A stretch of DNA of 64,000 nucleotides from Felis catus (lineage: Eukaryota), in contig NC_058368.1 in NCBI RefSeq assembly GCF_018350175.1, positions 3,596,001 through 3,660,000 on the forward strand, in the 5' to 3' direction. A model generated the notes under the pieces. That model saw only the letters and a program-made list of their open reading frames with translations, had not been told where the DNA came from and did no database searches. The translations under genes and the position numbers were made by a program. Below are positions 35,296-47,863 of this stretch, in pieces; within the stretch, counting starts at the first letter, position 1; every line of letters begins with the position of its first letter.

Positions 35296-36599
35296 ACATT
35301 CCTGTTATTTCTGGAGAAACTCCAGTTCTGACACTACGAGACTCCACACTGTCTTAAGGGACTGCCAAGCACAGGCATGCCCAAATCCTGGTCTTTCCAT
35401 TAAAATAAAATGGAAACTTTAAGTCAACCAAGTGATAGAGACCGAACAAAAATTCTTTTCATGGTTTTTTGGTTTTTGGTTACTTATCGAATGCAACAAC
35501 AAACAGTACTCTAATGTTACATGTACCGTTTCCAGCCATCTGCCCGCAAAAGGGGCACTTAATCATCTGAATACTCCTCTTCCCAAAGTGGGTCCTCAGC
35601 AAACAGAGATGAAAGGTAACAAAGAGGGAGCCCGGGCTTTACAGAGAGGTCCCTCAGGTTCGGCTGGTCTACTGTTATAGGCGGGGAGAAGGAGAAGTTC
35701 TGGCCCATTTAATTATGTTTCCTGGGGCAGAAATTGTGGGCACATGGTGAGATTCAATTATATTCTTTGCTCAGGATAAAATCCAATTATAACCTCTGCC
35801 CAATGGTGAAATCCCATCAGTTTTCTTGTGCTTCATTTAGAAGACACAGAGACAAGTTTTTCTATAATCTATTTATAGAGGCATACACATTTACAAAATT
35901 AAAAACAAAGGATCTCAAGGAAGATATTTGCATTTGTTAGTCATTCTCCTTCTGGGCAGACATTCAGCCTTTCTTAACTTGAAAAGTGCTTAGCCACCGA
36001 GGCTGAAGTTGTTTACATTAATGGTCACAAGCCACTAAAATCTGCTGCCCGATGGTAAAATCCTATCGAAGTTTTCTTTTGCTTCATTTAGGCTACAAAG
36101 AGATAAATTTCTCTATAATCTATAGAGGGAGACACATGTTTAAAAGAAAGAAAAGAAGATTGCACTAAGAAGGAAAAAGGATCACCGTGTAGAATCAGAT
36201 GTGTCAAGATATCATTAGAGAACTCTTCTAAGGATCCATTATAACATAATGACTCTTGCCTTACTGTTCAGTTAGAGGAAAGATAGTAAGAACATGTTAG
36301 ATTCTCCAGGCCAATTTTTTAAAAAGGAATCTACTAAAACTTCCATCGGATGACACTTATCCAACTGTGTCTGATATAAGCCACGTTTCTTTTTTATCTA
36401 TTTGCTTTTCGATAATCCTTCAATAAACAATGTACATTACGGACAATAAAAAGTTTCTGTTGAGAAATTTGATATAGATAAAATTCTAAAATCATGACTG
36501 AAATATGAGCCTGCCGATATATGCTTATCGTATATTGAAAATACCAAGAAAACCACTTAAACACTATAAACAGTGAACACTTTCAACAAGGTTGCAGAA

Positions 36600-37074
36600 T
36601 GTTATAGGCTGAATAATGCCCCCCAGGAATTTCTATAACCTCAGAATCCATGAATATGTTATCTTCTATGGCAAAAGAAACTGTGAATATATAATTAAGT
36701 TAAAGAACTTGAAATGGGATAGTATCCTGGATTATCCAGGTGGACCCAATATATATGTAAGTGTCCTTATAAGGGGGACCCAAGAGACCACAATCAAAAA
36801 GAATATGCAGGGATGGAAACAAAATCAGAAAGGGGAGAAGATGGTATACTGCTGGTTTAGAAGTGGGAGGAAGGGACCATAAGCCAAGGATTGCAGGTGA
36901 CCTCTAGAAGCTTGAAAGGCAAGGGGAAAAATCTTCTCTAGAGCCTCCAGATGGAGAATAGCCCTGCAGACCTATTTAAGCTTCTGATTCTAGAACCTTA
37001 AAAGAGTACATCTGTATTCTTTTAAGCCTCTAAGTCATGGTAATTTGTTAGAGAATAAATAAGAAACAAATATG
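36600..37074 (+). mobile_element. MaLR solo LTR (MLT1D-like)
   Basis: tgttataggctgaataatgcccc start; 5-bp TSD CAGAA at 36595-36599 and 37075-37079. Confidence 0.88.
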
Positions 37075-37865
37075 CAGAATATAAGATCAATATATAAAAA
37101 TCAGTTATATTCCTACACACCAACAGTGAACAATGAGAAAATGAACTTAAGAAGACAATTCCATTTTGACTAGCACCAAAAGAATAAAATGCTGTTAACA
37201 AAATAAGTTCATATACTCTGAAAACTAAAAAATGTTGTTGATAGAATTAAAGAACTACATAAATGAAACCTCATGTTCATGGATAACAAAGCTTACTATT
37301 ATTAACATGGTAACATTCCCCAAATTGATCTATAGGTCAACGCAGTCAGGTAGCTAATTTTCAGAAATTGACAAGCTGATTCTTAACACATTTGAGAATG
37401 GAAGGCACACAAACCAGCCAAAACAATATTGAAAAAGAACAAAGTTGGAGTACTCACACTTACTAATTTCACAATGTACTACAAAGCTACAGTAATCGAG
37501 ATAGTCTGATACTGACCAAGGACAGATATCTAGACAATGAAAAAGATTCTAGAAATTAACCATCATATTTACAGTCAGTTGATTTTTTTTCATAAGGGTA
37601 GCAAGACTGTTCACGGAGAAAAAAATAAATGGCATAAGAACAAGTAGGTATTCATAGGTGAAAGAATGATGGAAACTTCTTCCTCACACCATACATAAAT
37701 TTTGAACTAAAATGGACAGTAGACTTAAATATAAAATCTAAAACTATCAAGCACTTAGAAGAAAATATAAGGGTAGATCTTTGTTAGGCAAAGCCTTCTT
37801 AGATATGATACCAAAGGTAAAAGTGAGAAAGAAAAATTGATGAATTTGTCAAATTTAAAACTTCT

Positions 37866-38075
37866 GGGGGCGCCTGGGTGGAGCAGTCGGTTAAGCGTCC
37901 GACTTCAGCCAGGTCACGATCTCGCGGTCTGGGAGTTCGAGCCCCGCGTCGGGCTCTGGGCTGATGGCTCAGAGCCTGGAGCCTGTTTCTGATTCTGTGT
38001 CTCCCTCTCTCTCTGCCCCTCCCCCGTTCATGCTCTGTCTCTGTCCCAAAAATAAATAAACGTTGAAAAAAAAAA
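37866..38075 (+). mobile_element. Can-SINE, young subtype
   Basis: perfect TSD AAATTTAAAACTTCTG. Confidence 0.98.
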
Positions 38076-40300
38076 TTTAAAACTTCTGTGCTTCAAAAGA
38101 TACCATGAATAAAATGAAAAGGACCCATAGAATGGGTAAAACACATTTGCAAATCTGGTGAGGGACATTTAACTAGAATATATAAAGAACACTAACAACT
38201 CAATAATAATTCAAAAAAAGCCAATTAAATAATGAGCCAATAATCAAAAAAAGACCCCTCTTTTACACAAATCAGAACTCCTATCCTTCAGATCTAAGGT
38301 CATGCAAAAGATTGTAAGATTATAATGAGAATTGGCTCATTCCCGCAGATTATAAGGTTGTGTATGGCACATAAATTCCTTGTGGTGTTTGGCCATGTCT
38401 GCTTGCTAGAGGTTAGAGTCTAGAATTAGAAGTGATATTCTTGGATGAGTGTGTAGCCTAGCCTGCTACTAATGCATAAAGGAAGAGTCAATGAGCCCCA
38501 AAGAAATTAGTAACATTGCAGTAAGACTATAGCAATACACTTAGGTTATGGAATTTTTAAGGATTCTAAGAGCTTTCCTTATTTTAGCTTCTAAATCCTA
38601 TTTTATTCCTTCTTAAGTATTGAATCTCATATGGAGGGTAAAGTTTCTGAGTCTTCAGAATTTTTGAAGCTCTTTAACAATAGTCCCAGTAAAACAATCG
38701 CTCCTGTCACTTTAAAGGTGGGTTACAATTCTAAAGTCTGGGAACACAAAATTAGTATTTTTGTTACTGTCAGAACTGCAAATGCCCAGCAAGGGAAAGT
38801 TTTAATTCTTCTAAAAAATAAATGAACACTGAACAGAACATATTTAAGATCTGCCGAGTGGGTAGTTGTCATTTGGACGTGTTCAAAGGGTTGCCGAAAC
38901 TCACACTCTTGTCCACTTTCCACTTTTATAGGTTGGTCTGTATTATGCCGGTGACAGATGAAACATGTAACGATAGTAACTCTTCACTAACATTGTTTAT
39001 TAAGTACATTAGGAAATGTGTTCTTTCAGTGGTGGTCAAGTCCACGCATAAAAGAAATTGTTAAGATTCCACTTGAGGTTGTCTAGAGCCATCAAGCAAT
39101 CATCACGAAAAGCTCCTGAATTCACTAACCATGCTGTGAACTTCACTATGGCATTTGGGGTATCATGGGGCTAGGATGTCACTGAGCACTACCATCCGAC
39201 ATGATGGTCCTTTAGATTTGATGGGTTTTTTTGTTTTGTTTTGTTTGGTATAAGATTCTGTATGTAAAATTACTACCTACTTAGAAAACATTAGAGTATC
39301 TCCATGTTTAACTTTTTGGTCTTCTTAATTGGAGCTCTTGGTGTGCTCAACAATCTTTTTTTTTTTTATTTCCAGAAAGGCTCCAAATCTTAGACTACTC
39401 CATTAGCCTACTGTCAGTGGATATATTAACCCTCTTATCTCTAACAAATTGGCAGGCTCTGGTGAGAAAATGAGTTATTGTCAATTGTCAGATTTGGGCC
39501 TCTAGAATGGAGTCAGTTGGTATTTTTCTGCTTCAGTCTTAATATATAGTTCATCTAGAGTGAGATGAATGTTGATGAATTTAGATTTTCTGGGAAGAAG
39601 GGTCTAGTAAAACTGGGATCTAGATAGTCCCTGGGTAGAGGCTAAACAGGTATGAGTTTTTCCTTCTTCTGGCAATGGGAGAATACCAGGATTAAATGTG
39701 CTACAACAGTAGGTGGAAGCATGTGAGGAAGAAAGTAGAATTTCACAGGAGATACGCCTAAGAAATGTTGCGAATTATCTGGCACAAAATTTGTGCAGCG
39801 AGAGGAACCTTTAGGTATAAGACTTTAAAACCAGGGACCAAGTGGCCAGAAGCTGCATTGGCTTAGCTGGTTCTATTATTATGCTTAAGTAGGTGGGCTT
39901 TTGCTGTGGAGTTGAGGTTGTAGAAAGCTACTGGTCTCAGATGTTTCCCATAAAGCAGAAGACATCACACCGAGGGCTTGCCCAGACTACCCAACAGGAA
40001 TAGCTAGAAAATCTTATGATAATTAGGGAGGCAGGGGAAGGGGTTGTTGGAGAACTAATTTTAAATTGCAAAGTACCTGCTTATGTTCAGTTTCCAAAAA
40101 AAGAGGCAGTTAGTGAAGTCTTGGTTGAGCTATAGAGAGGTGTGGCAATTTCAAAAAGCACTAAGAATCCTCTATTTGCTGTAGTTAGGGAGACTTAGGG
40201 AACTTTTTAAATGTCCCTTAATTACTGGCCTAATTGAGGTTTAAAAAGGTAAGTTAGGAAAAAGGGATTTACTGTACCTTCTTTAGATAAGTCTACCTTT

Positions 40301-40535
40301 GGGGCGCCTGGGTGGCACAGTCGGTTAAGTGTCCGACTTCAGCCAGGTCACGATCTCGCCCAGGTCACGATCTCGCGGTCCGGGAGTTCGAGCCCCGCGT
40401 CAGGCCCTGGGCTGATGGCTCAGAGCCTGGAGCCTGTTTCCGATTCTGTGTCTCCCTCTCTCTCTGCCCCTCCCCCGTTCATGCTCTGTCTCTCTCTCTG
40501 TCCCAAAAATAAATAAACGTTGAAAAAAAAAAATT
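40301..40535 (+). mobile_element. Can-SINE, young subtype with 17-bp internal tandem duplication
   Basis: TSD TAGATAAGTCTACCT; CCAGGTCACGATCTCGC x2 at 40343-40376. Confidence 0.98.
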
Positions 40536-40614
40536 ATAGATAAGTCTACCTGAAGGGATGCATTTGGTTGGTAACTTTTCTTTGAAAACTTTATGCCTTT
40601 AAAGATGGTTCTTG

Positions 40615-40840
40615 AGGGGCGCGTGGGGGGCTCAGTCAGTTGAGCGTCCGACTTCGGCTCAGGTCATGATCTCACGGATAGTGAGTTCAAGCCTATGTTG
40701 GGCTTTGTGCTGACAGCTCGGAGCCTGGAGCCTGCTTCAGATTCTGTGTCCCCCTCTCTCTCTACCCCTTCCCTGTTCATTCCCTCTCTCTCTCTCTCTC
40801 TCTTTCTCAGTCTCTCTCTCTCTCAAAAAAAAAAAAAAAA
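40615..40840 (+). mobile_element. Can-SINE
   Basis: head, B-box, (CT)n, A16 tail. Confidence 0.96.
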
Positions 40841-40865
40841 GTCAACCTTTTTGGAAATCACTTCT

Positions 40866-41085
40866 TTCTTTTTTTAATTTTTTTAATGTTTATTTATTCT
40901 TGAGGGAGAGTGACACAGTGAGAGCAGGGGAGGGGCAGAGAAAGAGGGAGACACAGAATCCAAATCAGGGTCCAGGCTCTGAGCTGACAGCACAGACCCC
41001 GATGTGGGGCTCAAACTCATGAACTGTGAGATCGTGACCTGAGCTGATGTCGGACACTTAACCGACTGAGCCACCCAGGCACCCC
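40866..41085 (-). mobile_element. Can-SINE
   Basis: TSD TGGAAATCACyTC. Confidence 0.96.
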
Positions 41086-42042
41086 TGGAAATCACCTCTT
41101 CTTTAGAACATAGCAGAAGATCATGTATTGGTTAAGAGTAGAGTTGCAGGAAAATTCAGGCTTCTTAAGATTCTGGTTACGGACTACATAAAGTAGGACA
41201 GTGTTGCAGTAAAACCCTGAGAACCAAGGTCCAGGTACATTGTTGAACTTCTAACGAAAACGTAAATAAGTGTCTAGGGACAGTTAGGAATGCCGAACAG
41301 AAATCTACAACTGGAAAATATACAGCCCCAGGTGGGACCAAAATGTAAACTTGTATGTTAAGTTTGGTTCCACGGGCGTTTGAGAAACAGCCATTTATTT
41401 ATGGCCCTGAGGACACAAAAATTGTATACTTTCTCAAATGCAGCTTAATGATTAGGAGATGAAGGTATTACAAGGATTGGTACAGGCTATGAGATCCTTT
41501 CTGCTGCTAAGCTTTTGACTCTGGTTTTAGACTTTCTTTACCTTCTGGTGTTAAGGAATCCTGTAAAAGCTTGGTTATGAGAGGGTTGGATGGAATAATC
41601 TGAGTTTGATGGATTTATCATGTCCAAATTTGTGCATAAGGAGTACAGCACCGCAAGGAAATCTTCAGACTTACTTGGTGTAGACACAAGGATAATGGCA
41701 AGTCAACATGCAAATTCGGTGTGACCTACTTAAGAGAGGAGACCTCAGGGACTCCAGGGAAGGACCTAAAAGGGGAACTTGTAATGGGGCAACATCATTT
41801 GCACGTAGATCACTTCTATTAAGTTAGTAGGAGGAGAAAAGAGTGTCTCTCAGCTAAATGTCCAAGGATGGTGATTGTTGACTGCAGCATGAATAGTAGT
41901 TGAAGGTTATTAGGAATTCGCTCCTCAATTGCTCGTTGTCGTGAAGACATAGCTTTTGTAACAGCAGTGGGGTTTAAGGTTAATTTCTCGAAATTTCTCT
42001 TTTGAGTTTAAGGATAAAGTGGGATATTGTGTATTCGGTCTC

Positions 42043-42815
42043 TTACCAGATTGTTGGCTCCTGACTCCACAAAAAGATCACCAGTATAGTCTGTTGATCA
42101 AGCAGTGTTGAGTTCATTAAACTTGCTGCAATAGAGGCAATCATAGTTTCATTAAAAAAGGGGGTAAGAGATTGGGAAAGAAATGTATAAAGTCTTGGTA
42201 ACTGGATTCAGATTAAGGTAGATATTTCCAGATGGGTGTCTTAATCCACTTGGCCTGCTCTAACAAATTACCGTAGACCAAGTGGCTGAAAAGACAATTT
42301 ATTTCCATAGTTCTGGAGGCTGGATGTCCAGGAGCAGTGTACCTATGTTGTCCAGTTCTGGAGAGAACCCACTGGGGGTTGCAGACTGTTGACTTCTCCT
42401 TGCACCCCCCAGGTGGCACAGAGCAGAGAGGGGACACAAGCTCTCACCTGACTTCTAAGGGCAGTAATCCCCACATGAGGCCTCTACTCTCCTGGCCTAT
42501 CACATCCCAAAGGCCCAACCTCCGAACACTATCTCATTGGACATTAGGCTTTCAACGTATGAATTGGGCCGGGGCCGGGGTGGGGGGCGGTGAGGGTGTT
42601 GGATACAAGCATGCAGTCTGTAGTAGCAGGGAAATGACTAGGACTGGGGAAAATTTATGACTTAACAGTTTGGTGCTGATGGGTACAACGAAAGATTAAG
42701 GTCGGTCTAAATAACTGACCTGGCAAGCTCTTTGCCCAGGTAAGCAAATTTGTGCTGGTAAGAAAGTTATCTGCCCAGATATTTTGGCCCACTGATATAC
42801 ATGCTTATTTTGACA
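42043..42815 (-). mobile_element. old LTR-like element split by an MLT1A
   Basis: ttaccagattgttggctcctgact...gagttcattaaacttgctgca opening and tgaca end resemble antisense ERV LTRs; family not assigned. Confidence 0.45.
42237..42625 (-). mobile_element. MaLR LTR (MLT1A-like)
   Basis: tgtcttaatcc..ctgctctaacaaattacc; agttctggaggctgga; cccaaaggccc; tttcaacgtatgaatt. Confidence 0.88.
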
Positions 42816-43499
42816 AATCGGTTTTCAGGAATTTTCTTGAGGCCAACAGTCAATTTATTTACTGAAGTTTTTTCTTCTTGGGTAAGAATTTCACTAAGCA
42901 AAGAACGCGTAGTCTTGATAGTTAATATATGTGGGCTCAATGGTTTGCAGTTCTCATTTGCAATCTGTCTTCTCTGTTTCATAATAATTTACACGAAGGT
43001 TGAAGTCGCAAGTAGTGCTAGAAATTGACTACAATACTTAAGCATTATATTCTGTTGACAGTGATGGGGGCGTTAGTATCTGCTGTGTGATCTCTACAAG
43101 TAAAAATTCACCAAAGAGTATCTTAAATTTAGCATATTTCAATAGTCTCTGTGAGGCTTAACCACCACGACCTAGCTGCATTTATCGATAATACTTTCAA
43201 AACTATTTGGAGACTCTTCATGTGGCTTAGGATACTGCCTTGGCACTTGATGGGTTGTAGTTTTATTATAATTAATTATAAATAAATGATATACTTTTCT
43301 CAGAAGAGTGGCATGGCTTCTGTGAATTGCTTTAATACCCAAATTCACAAATGTATCTAGCGTGCTAAACTTTTTCATCTTTAAATGCATATATGGTTCC
43401 ATATAAGTGTAAAGTTGAAAAGACTTCCGGTTAAGTAGAAGAAACGAATCAGTCTTAGCATTGTGTGACCTCACACTTCCTGCGCTTCCTCTTGTCACT

Positions 43500-44420
43500 G
43501 GTTGGCCTCCTAAGGCTCTTTCTCTGATGCCATCTGTACTAGACTATCTTCAGTAGAGACTGGAGTATATCCTAAGGCTCTTTTATATATGATGCTTCTC
43601 TTTCAGAGGATGGGAGCCTTTTCTCAGTGACAGAAACCCAGCAATATGTTCACATGGTCATATGGTTTTTGTAAAATTTGCAAAAATGGTTTCACCATTA
43701 CTAGGTAATTCTTGTCTCTTTCCACTGTGGTCTCCCCTATAATTTTTGTTCTATCAGAGGTGACTGGAGTAGCCAAGCACATTTTGGGGTTAAGGCTAAG
43801 GGGAGGAAGGCTGAAATTACAAGGCAACTTACATAAGGGTAGTCTCCCCTTTATGCGCAGTTTGGCTTTCTCTGGTTTCAGTTATCTGGGGTGAACTGTG
43901 GCCTGGAAGCAGATGATCACCCTTCTAACACACTACCAGGAGGTCAAAAGTAGCCTAACGCTACATCGCAATGCCTGTGTCATTCGGCTCACTTTGCCTC
44001 ATCGTGTAGGCATTTTGTTTGTCATCTTACATCATCACAGAAAGAAGGCTGAGAACTGTACTCACATAACTTTTCTTACGGTACATCGTTATAATTGTTC
44101 TGTTGTATCATTAGTTATTGTTGATAACCTCTTACTGTGCCTAACTTATAAACAACATCATAGGCATGTACCTTTAGGAAACAACATAGTATATACAGAG
44201 TTTGGTACTGGGTTTAGGCATCTACTGGGAGTCTTGGAACATACTCCCCATAGATAATGGGGGACTATTATAATTTGATTTCAAATTGTAAATTTATATC
44301 TTGTTGGTTGTGGTGGAGGGACTAAAATCCAGCTAAGATTGGGGAACACTTCTTGGGAAAATACCATTCACCTGCAGTTTGGACACATTTTGGGCTATTT
44401 CAAAAATACAAATGAGAAAG
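43500..44420 (-). mobile_element. probable ERV gag-region relic, split by MER44
   Basis: lies 5' of pol; possible decayed Cys/His-knuckle-like segment near 43650-43690; weak. Confidence 0.35.
43837..44270. mobile_element. Tigger7/MER44-like element
   Basis: TIR-like ends gtagtctcccctttat / ataatgggggactat; internal ttactgtgcctaa..gtcttggaacata. Confidence 0.85.
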
Positions 44421-45009
44421 TACAGATTCCTGATTTGAACTTACGTGAGAAACATCTCCTTTGTCACATTTAAATGTATTTATTAAGGAAGTGACAAAAT
44501 TCAGATAAAATTAATAGGATAGGAAACAAAAGCTGTAAAGATGGTTAATAAAACCAACAGAGATTATTCTGACTTCAAGAAACGGATTGCAACAAAAACT
44601 TTTTCATATCATGTTGAAGTAATTCATTAAAAGCAAACATAAATTTCAAGTAGAAGAAAAGAATTGGCTTTTGTTTAATAATCTACTTAATGAAAGCGAT
44701 GAATCATACAAACTCATAACCCTGCCATTGACAAAGATAACATAACACATGATCTATTGCTTACAATAAGGGCATCAACAACCAATGTGAATGAAATGTT
44801 GTTAATTCAGAGTATATAGATGTAGCCACTGCAGATGAGTTGTGAATGTCGGTCTAAGGATCTCAAGATGTATGTGCTACCCAGAGCAATACCCTTCTGC
44901 CTGCTGTGACTTTGGCCAAGTTATTGTCCGTCCCCATTTATAATGCTGAACTATGAACAAAATGGACCACTAGGATATTGAGAATTAATGAAAAATAAAG
45001 TATTTTGAA

Positions 45010-45210
45010 CTTTTTTTTAATATGTATTTTTGAGACACAGAGACACAGAGCATGAGCGGGGGAGGGGCAGAGAGAGAGGGAGACACAGAATCCGAAGCAG
45101 GCTCCAGGCTCTGAGCGGTCAGCACAGAACCCGATGTGGGGCTTGAACTCACAAACCATGAGATCATGAGCCGAAGTTGGACGCTTAAGACTGAGCCACC
45201 CAGGCGCCCC
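45010..45210 (-). mobile_element. Can-SINE
   Basis: full reverse SINE. Confidence 0.95.
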
Positions 45211-45271
45211 TGAATGCTTTAAAAACGACTACGGTTGATACTGCGGCAGGGATTTGGTCATTGTCAGGTGT

Positions 45272-45347
45272 TTTTGTTTTTGTTAATTTTATTTTAAAGA
45301 AAGAGAGAGCACAAGTGGAGAGGGCCTGAGGGAGAAAGCGAGAGAAT

Positions 45348-45408
<61 letters not shown>

Positions 45409-45532
45409 TCTGAGGCAGGTTCCACACTTAGTGTAGAGCCCGGGGTGGGGCTCTATCCCATGACCCTGGGATCACAACCTGAGCTGAAGTCAAGAGTCCT
45501 GTGGTCAATTGACTGAGCTACCCTGGTGCCCC
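45272..45532 (-). mobile_element. older Can-SINE with expanded (GA)n
   Basis: reverse head ctgagctaccctggtgcccc; (GA)n at 45349-45405. Confidence 0.92.
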
Positions 45533-45580
45533 TGATCATTGTGAGTTTAATTGGTTGTTTCTATATGGATATATTCTAGA

Positions 45581-45882
45581 CAATGGGTTGGCTAAATTTT
45601 CTGTAAACTGTAACACAGTAAATGTTTTGTGTTTCATGAGCTACAAGGCCATTGTGATGTGAAAGCAGCCATAGACAATATGCAAACAACCAAGCTTGGC
45701 TGTGTTCCGATGATAGACTTATAGACACTGAAATTTGAATATCAGACATTTTGTGTGTCACAAAATATAAATCTTTAAAAAAAATTTTGTCATTTAAAAA
45801 GTCTAAAAACCATTCTTAGTGTGTGAGTCATCCAAAATTAAGCAACAGATTTGATTTGTGGGCCATTGTTTGCCAACCCCTC
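45581..45882. mobile_element. hAT-Charlie MER58B-like element
   Basis: gggttggctaaattttctgtaaa...gcagccatagacaatatg...ggctgtgttcc...gtttgccaacccct. Confidence 0.85.
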
Positions 45883-47291
45883 TCGTAGGGCAAAATAAAT
45901 AATATACACTGAGGAAAAAATTATCAGTGCAAATAAAAACATGAAATTCTCTGATATCTTACAGCTCGTATATAAAAAAAGTATTTGAGATTTTTTTCCA
46001 TATATAAAACAATTCTGAAAATTATCAATAAAAGCTGGCAAAGTTAAAAGACACATTCTTAGCTTTTTTTTTAAGATCCTTCACCATGTTGAAGGAAACT
46101 TTGCATTTCCTATTCCCATATTAAAAAATAGTACAAAATTCTTGTCATATGAATATGTGATTAAAGAGTAGATAGTCAAAATATGGGGGGTATAATAGAG
46201 GTGGTTAATTAATAAAAATATATTTCTGGATTTTATGATGTTTGAGATATTTTATTTAACACCAAAAATTATAATTACTGTAGATTCTAAATAATTCCTA
46301 AAAAAACTATGAGTTCTAATATTCTAAATTCATTCTAAATATTCACTAACACTTAAATTTTTATTTACAATTATATGGTACCATCTTAAGAAATCTCCCA
46401 TCTATATTAAAGATTTAGGCATCGCAAAACCTATGCCTATCTGTAGATGATGTCATCCAAGCTATAAAAATACGTATTTTTTCATGCCTACGAAATTTGT
46501 ATTTCTAGCCCTGACCTTGGCCTAAACTCCATATATATGGCAATAATATATGTATTTTATAATATTTGTGACTAGTTGGAGACAACCAGAGCAGACTGAT
46601 GAGAGATCATTTGTGGAATCACAATCTGTACTAATAAGAGGACTAGAGAGCAGGAAGCAAGAAAAACTGTGGGGGGGAAATACTACCTACAAATTAGTAA
46701 TAGCAATTGGGTAGCGGGCTATCCTGCTGAATTTTGTGCAAGGTCCAATGACCTCATTTGGCTTTTGAATCCGGATCAGAGATAAAACACTTAGAGTGGA
46801 CAATGGGCTGACAACCCTGTCTTCTAGAAGTTCTCTGAGCCCTCAGAAGATGCCCCTGGATGTCACTACCCATCACAGCTAATTATTAACTGTCGTAGAA
46901 TATTCAGGAACCCAGCCACATCCCTGATTTACAGACTCTATGGGACAAATCTTAAGTCTGGCCCAATATTGGGGTTTATAAAAAGAAAACCAAGGTTTCT
47001 GGTAGATTCCGGAATTCTGTGATGGCAGTTAAACAAGAGAGGCAAGAGAACAACACACTAGAGTAGCTGAGTCCAGCAGAATGAGCCTGACAAGACAGCA
47101 GGGCTGGGACCTCGACAGGAGCAAAGGATCTGGGCACTGTATGAGGCCAGATCTGAAGATTTTCAAATCTAGAACTTCCCAACACCATCTGCCCATCTCT
47201 CAGACTGCTTGCATATTCTGAAGGCCAGAAAGTCAAGGTAAAAAGGAAAGACTGTGCCACCAAGCTCCCCCACACATTGTCTGAGATGCCC

Positions 47292-47863
47292 TATATTCAC
47301 TTGCTAGGGCTGTTGTAATAAAATACCACACACTGCATGGCATAAACAATAGAAACTTATTTCCTCCCAGTTGTGGAAGTTAGAAGTCCAAGATCAAAGT
47401 GTCAGCAGGTTTCGTTTCTTCTGAGTTCTCTCTCCTTGGCTTGCAAATGGCTGCCTTTTTCCTGTGTCCTCAGGGTCATCCCTCTGGGTGTGTCCTAATC
47501 TCTTCTTAAAAGGACATGAGTCAAACTGGATTTGGATCCACTCTAACAACCCGCTGTAACTTACTTACCTCTTTAAAGGATCGATCTCCAAACACAGTCC
47601 AATTCTCAGGTGCTAGGGGTTTAGGCTTCAAAATATGAATTCAGGGGCACCTGGGTGGCTCAGTCGGTTAAGCATCTGACTCTTGATCTCTGGTCCGGTC
47701 ATGGTCTCATAGCCGTGAGACCGAACCCCACATCGGGCTCTGCACTGACATCATGGAGCCTGTGTGGGATTCTTTCTCCCTCCCTCTCTATCTCTCTCTC
47801 AAAAATAAATGAATAAACTTGAAAAAATGTGAATTTAGCAGAGACACAGTTCAGCCCATAACA
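47292..47863 (-). mobile_element. MaLR LTR (MLT1B/C-like) split by a SINE
   Basis: gctagggctg..aataccacacactg; agaagtccaagatcaa; cacagttcagcccataaca. Confidence 0.88.
47644..47827 (+). mobile_element. Can-SINE (older)
   Basis: diverged TSD AAAATrTGAATT. Confidence 0.95.

Larger units (their letters stand above)
36540..38235 (+). mobile_element. old LINE-1 ORF2 fragment, interrupted by an MLT1 LTR and a SINE
   Basis: aaggttgcag..ataagatcaatat; ccaaaacaatattgaaaaagaacaaagttggag; tacaaagctacagtaatc. Confidence 0.9.
38240..42040 (-). mobile_element. fossil class-I (ERV1) pol region: RT, RNase H, integrase
   Basis: hand translation: ILVPPGAVYFPVVDFCSAF and QQCTWT (RT, about 41.3 kb), frameshifted QY..DLLLCS, NRGFLVLFEIATPLYSSTK (40.15 kb), LTRACQFVRDKRVNISTDSR (RNase H, 39.43 kb), PFEHVQM..FPC..LTVTK and SDRSDCFTG (integrase, 38.7-38.9 kb); many stops and frameshifts. 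Confidence 0.9.

Noticed and set aside
38240..39230. Possible env or syncytin-like gene
   Set aside because: Translates as degraded integrase; no env TM motifs and no long ORF.
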